Assembly: GCA_964016885.1 (NCBI GenBank)
Contig: OZ024740.1
Coordinates: 234,608,001 to 234,672,000 of the forward strand
Length of the DNA stretch: 64,000 nt
Source: Eledone cirrhosa
Taxonomy: Eukaryota
Direction: 5' to 3'
Shown here: positions 62,007 to 64,000 of the stretch, in pieces
Layout: each line of letters begins with the position of its first letter
How positions within the stretch are numbered: the first letter of the stretch is position 1
The notes under the pieces: generated by a model
Told to the model about the DNA's origin: nothing
The model's database searches: none
What the model saw: the letters and a program-made list of their open reading frames with translations, nothing else
Translations under genes and position numbers: made by a program

Positions 62007-63990
62007 ATTGTTATACTTTGGGAGGGTCATGTTGCCAATAAGAAACACACGCACCAGTTGCATTCACTCCAATTTATTATAAATTAAAAAATTTTTTCAA
62101 AAAATGTTTTCAAAAGAATTTATAAATTTCCGGTTGGTTGGTTGGTTCCACAACCGGACGGTTGTTCATATATTGTCAAAGTTCTTTCGTCACACATTCT
62201 GTGACCTCTTCAGTGACTGGGGATTATTTTCTTTGTTTTGTGCCTCTCCTTTGTTCTGTCCTACGCCATCTTGTTTTTGTGTGTATTGTGTGCTTAGTTT
62301 GCGCATGTGTTACATTAGAAGACAGCAACCTCTTAACCCTGATAATGTACTCTCGCTACGTTGATGACATAAACATCGTAGTAAAAACACCCCCACTAGA
62401 GAACAGTCAGGAATTAGAGAAAAACACCATGGAAAGCATCCAGCAAATAGCTAACTCCATCCACCAGAGTATTAGAATTACTATAGACTACCCAAGCAAA
62501 CACCCCAACCATCGATTACCTGTACTAGACACAGAGCTCTGGTTAGAAACCATTAATAACAAAAAACAAATCCTCCATTCCCATTATGCCAAAACATGAA
62601 TGGAATAGCAACATCACAACTTCCAAATATCTGATCCACCGAAACTCGGCTGTTTCGGATCACACCGAAATCAACATACTGATTGCGGATTTAGTACGGG
62701 TGATGAGAAACGTGTCCCGCATGTCCCGCATGTCCCGCATGTGCAACCCCAAAGAACTAGAGAGACACATACAACACTTCATCCACCGCATGCAGTTCTC
62801 TGGTTACAATCAGAGAGATAAAATCAGCGTATATAGAGGAGCCAGAACCAAATGGGAAAAAAATGGTAAATAATGATACAAATGGGACCTGCCCCTTGTA
62901 TAGGAGCAAATTTTGGAATAGAATAGAAAGAATTAGGAATAAGGTTAATAGAATAAACTCATGGTATGATAGCAATAAATACCAGAGTGTAATGTTCAAC
63001 AATACAACCCCTAGAGGTGAATTAGCTAACAAATTTAGAAGGGCCCTAGATAAACTTAAACTTAATATTAAGATAGTAGAAAGACCAGGTACCTCCATAA
63101 AAACACTTATTAGTAATACATACCCTTTTCAAAGACCTCCCTGTATAGATAAGAAATGCTTAATCTTTAAACTAAGCCCCATATTAACTGTAAAACTAGA
63201 AACATAGTATATAGCATAAGATGTACTGAAGGACAATGTAAAGATAAGTATATAGTGTACGTAGGAGAGACAGCTCGTAGTATAGGAAAACGGTTAAATG
63301 AACACTGGTGAGGGATTCAAGATAGAAAAGAATCATCAATACTCCACCAACATGCTCAAATAGAACATAAGGGCAAATTAGAGAACATGGAAATAAAAAT
63401 AAAATCTACACACAGAAAAGACGCAATGTTTAGACAAATCACAGAGGCAATAAACATAAATGAACTCCAACCAAAATTAAATAGAAAACATGAATGGAAT
63501 AGCAACATCACAACTTACAATTAAGGAGAAAATGAAAACACACACACATAGAACAAACAACCAACCAGTAACATGTAAATAAACAAATAAATAAACATAT
63601 AAAAACACACACAGACACCCGGATGTAACACATGCACAAACTAAGCACACAACACACACAAAAACAAGATGGCGTAGGACAGAACAAAGGAGAGGCACAA
63701 AACAAAGAAAAGAATCCCCAGTCACAGAAGAGGTCACAGAATGTGTGACGAAAGAACTTTGACAATATATGAACAACCGTCCGGTTGTGGAACCAACCAA
63801 CCAACCGGAAATTTATAAATTTTTTTGAAAACATTTTTTGAAATTTTTTTAATTTATAATAAATTAAAGTGAAAGCAACTGGTGCGTGTGTTTCTTATTG
63901 GCAACATGACCCTCCCAAAGTATAACAATATCGGTTTCAACACACGCTTTCAGATAAAGAATCTTGCTAAACTAATTCAAAAACGAAATA
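62007..63990 (+). mobile_element. Penelope-like element, 5' truncated (RT C-half and GIY-YIG, frameshifted), with an inverted copy of its 3' end at the 5' side
   Basis: YSRYVDD, LPVLD, FSGY, VYSIRC...YVGETARS...RQITEA..LNRKHEWN. 62007-62316 is the reverse complement of ~63623-63927. HHR motifs at 62175-62217 (minus) and 63721-63763 (plus). Confidence 0.85.
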
Positions 63991-64000
63991 TATATATAAA

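Overview
Repeat-saturated, AT-rich animal genomic DNA; the microsatellite and SINE style suggests a cephalopod such as Octopus (inference). No convincing host gene was found. Bases 1-15.2 kb are a head-to-tail array of at least three near-identical Tx1-clade (L1-group) non-LTR retrotransposons on the minus strand. Copies 2 and 3 are full length (6032 bp) with intact ORFs; copy 1 runs off the window edge. They are joined at (ATT)n tracts, and one copy is flanked by a ~257-bp direct duplication. The remaining 49 kb is a mosaic of microsatellites holding R4/Dong and RTE fragments, a bipartite non-autonomous RTE family, tRNA-derived SINEs, hAT and Tc1-mariner MITEs, and many Penelope-like element (PLE) remnants. 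Reading the non-coding sequence shows roughly 20 hammerhead-ribozyme (HHR) motifs from several families. Two candidates stand out. (i) A non-coding, retrozyme-like element (22021-22843; 208-bp direct repeats, 614-nt period) whose repeats carry all hammerhead core pieces in a non-circularly permuted, pseudoknotted order, with compensatory changes in two diverged relatives. (ii) Long palindromes whose fold-back point lies in HHR helix II, suggesting hairpin-primed second-strand synthesis. All RNA structures and alignments were derived by eye; no folding software or database search was run.
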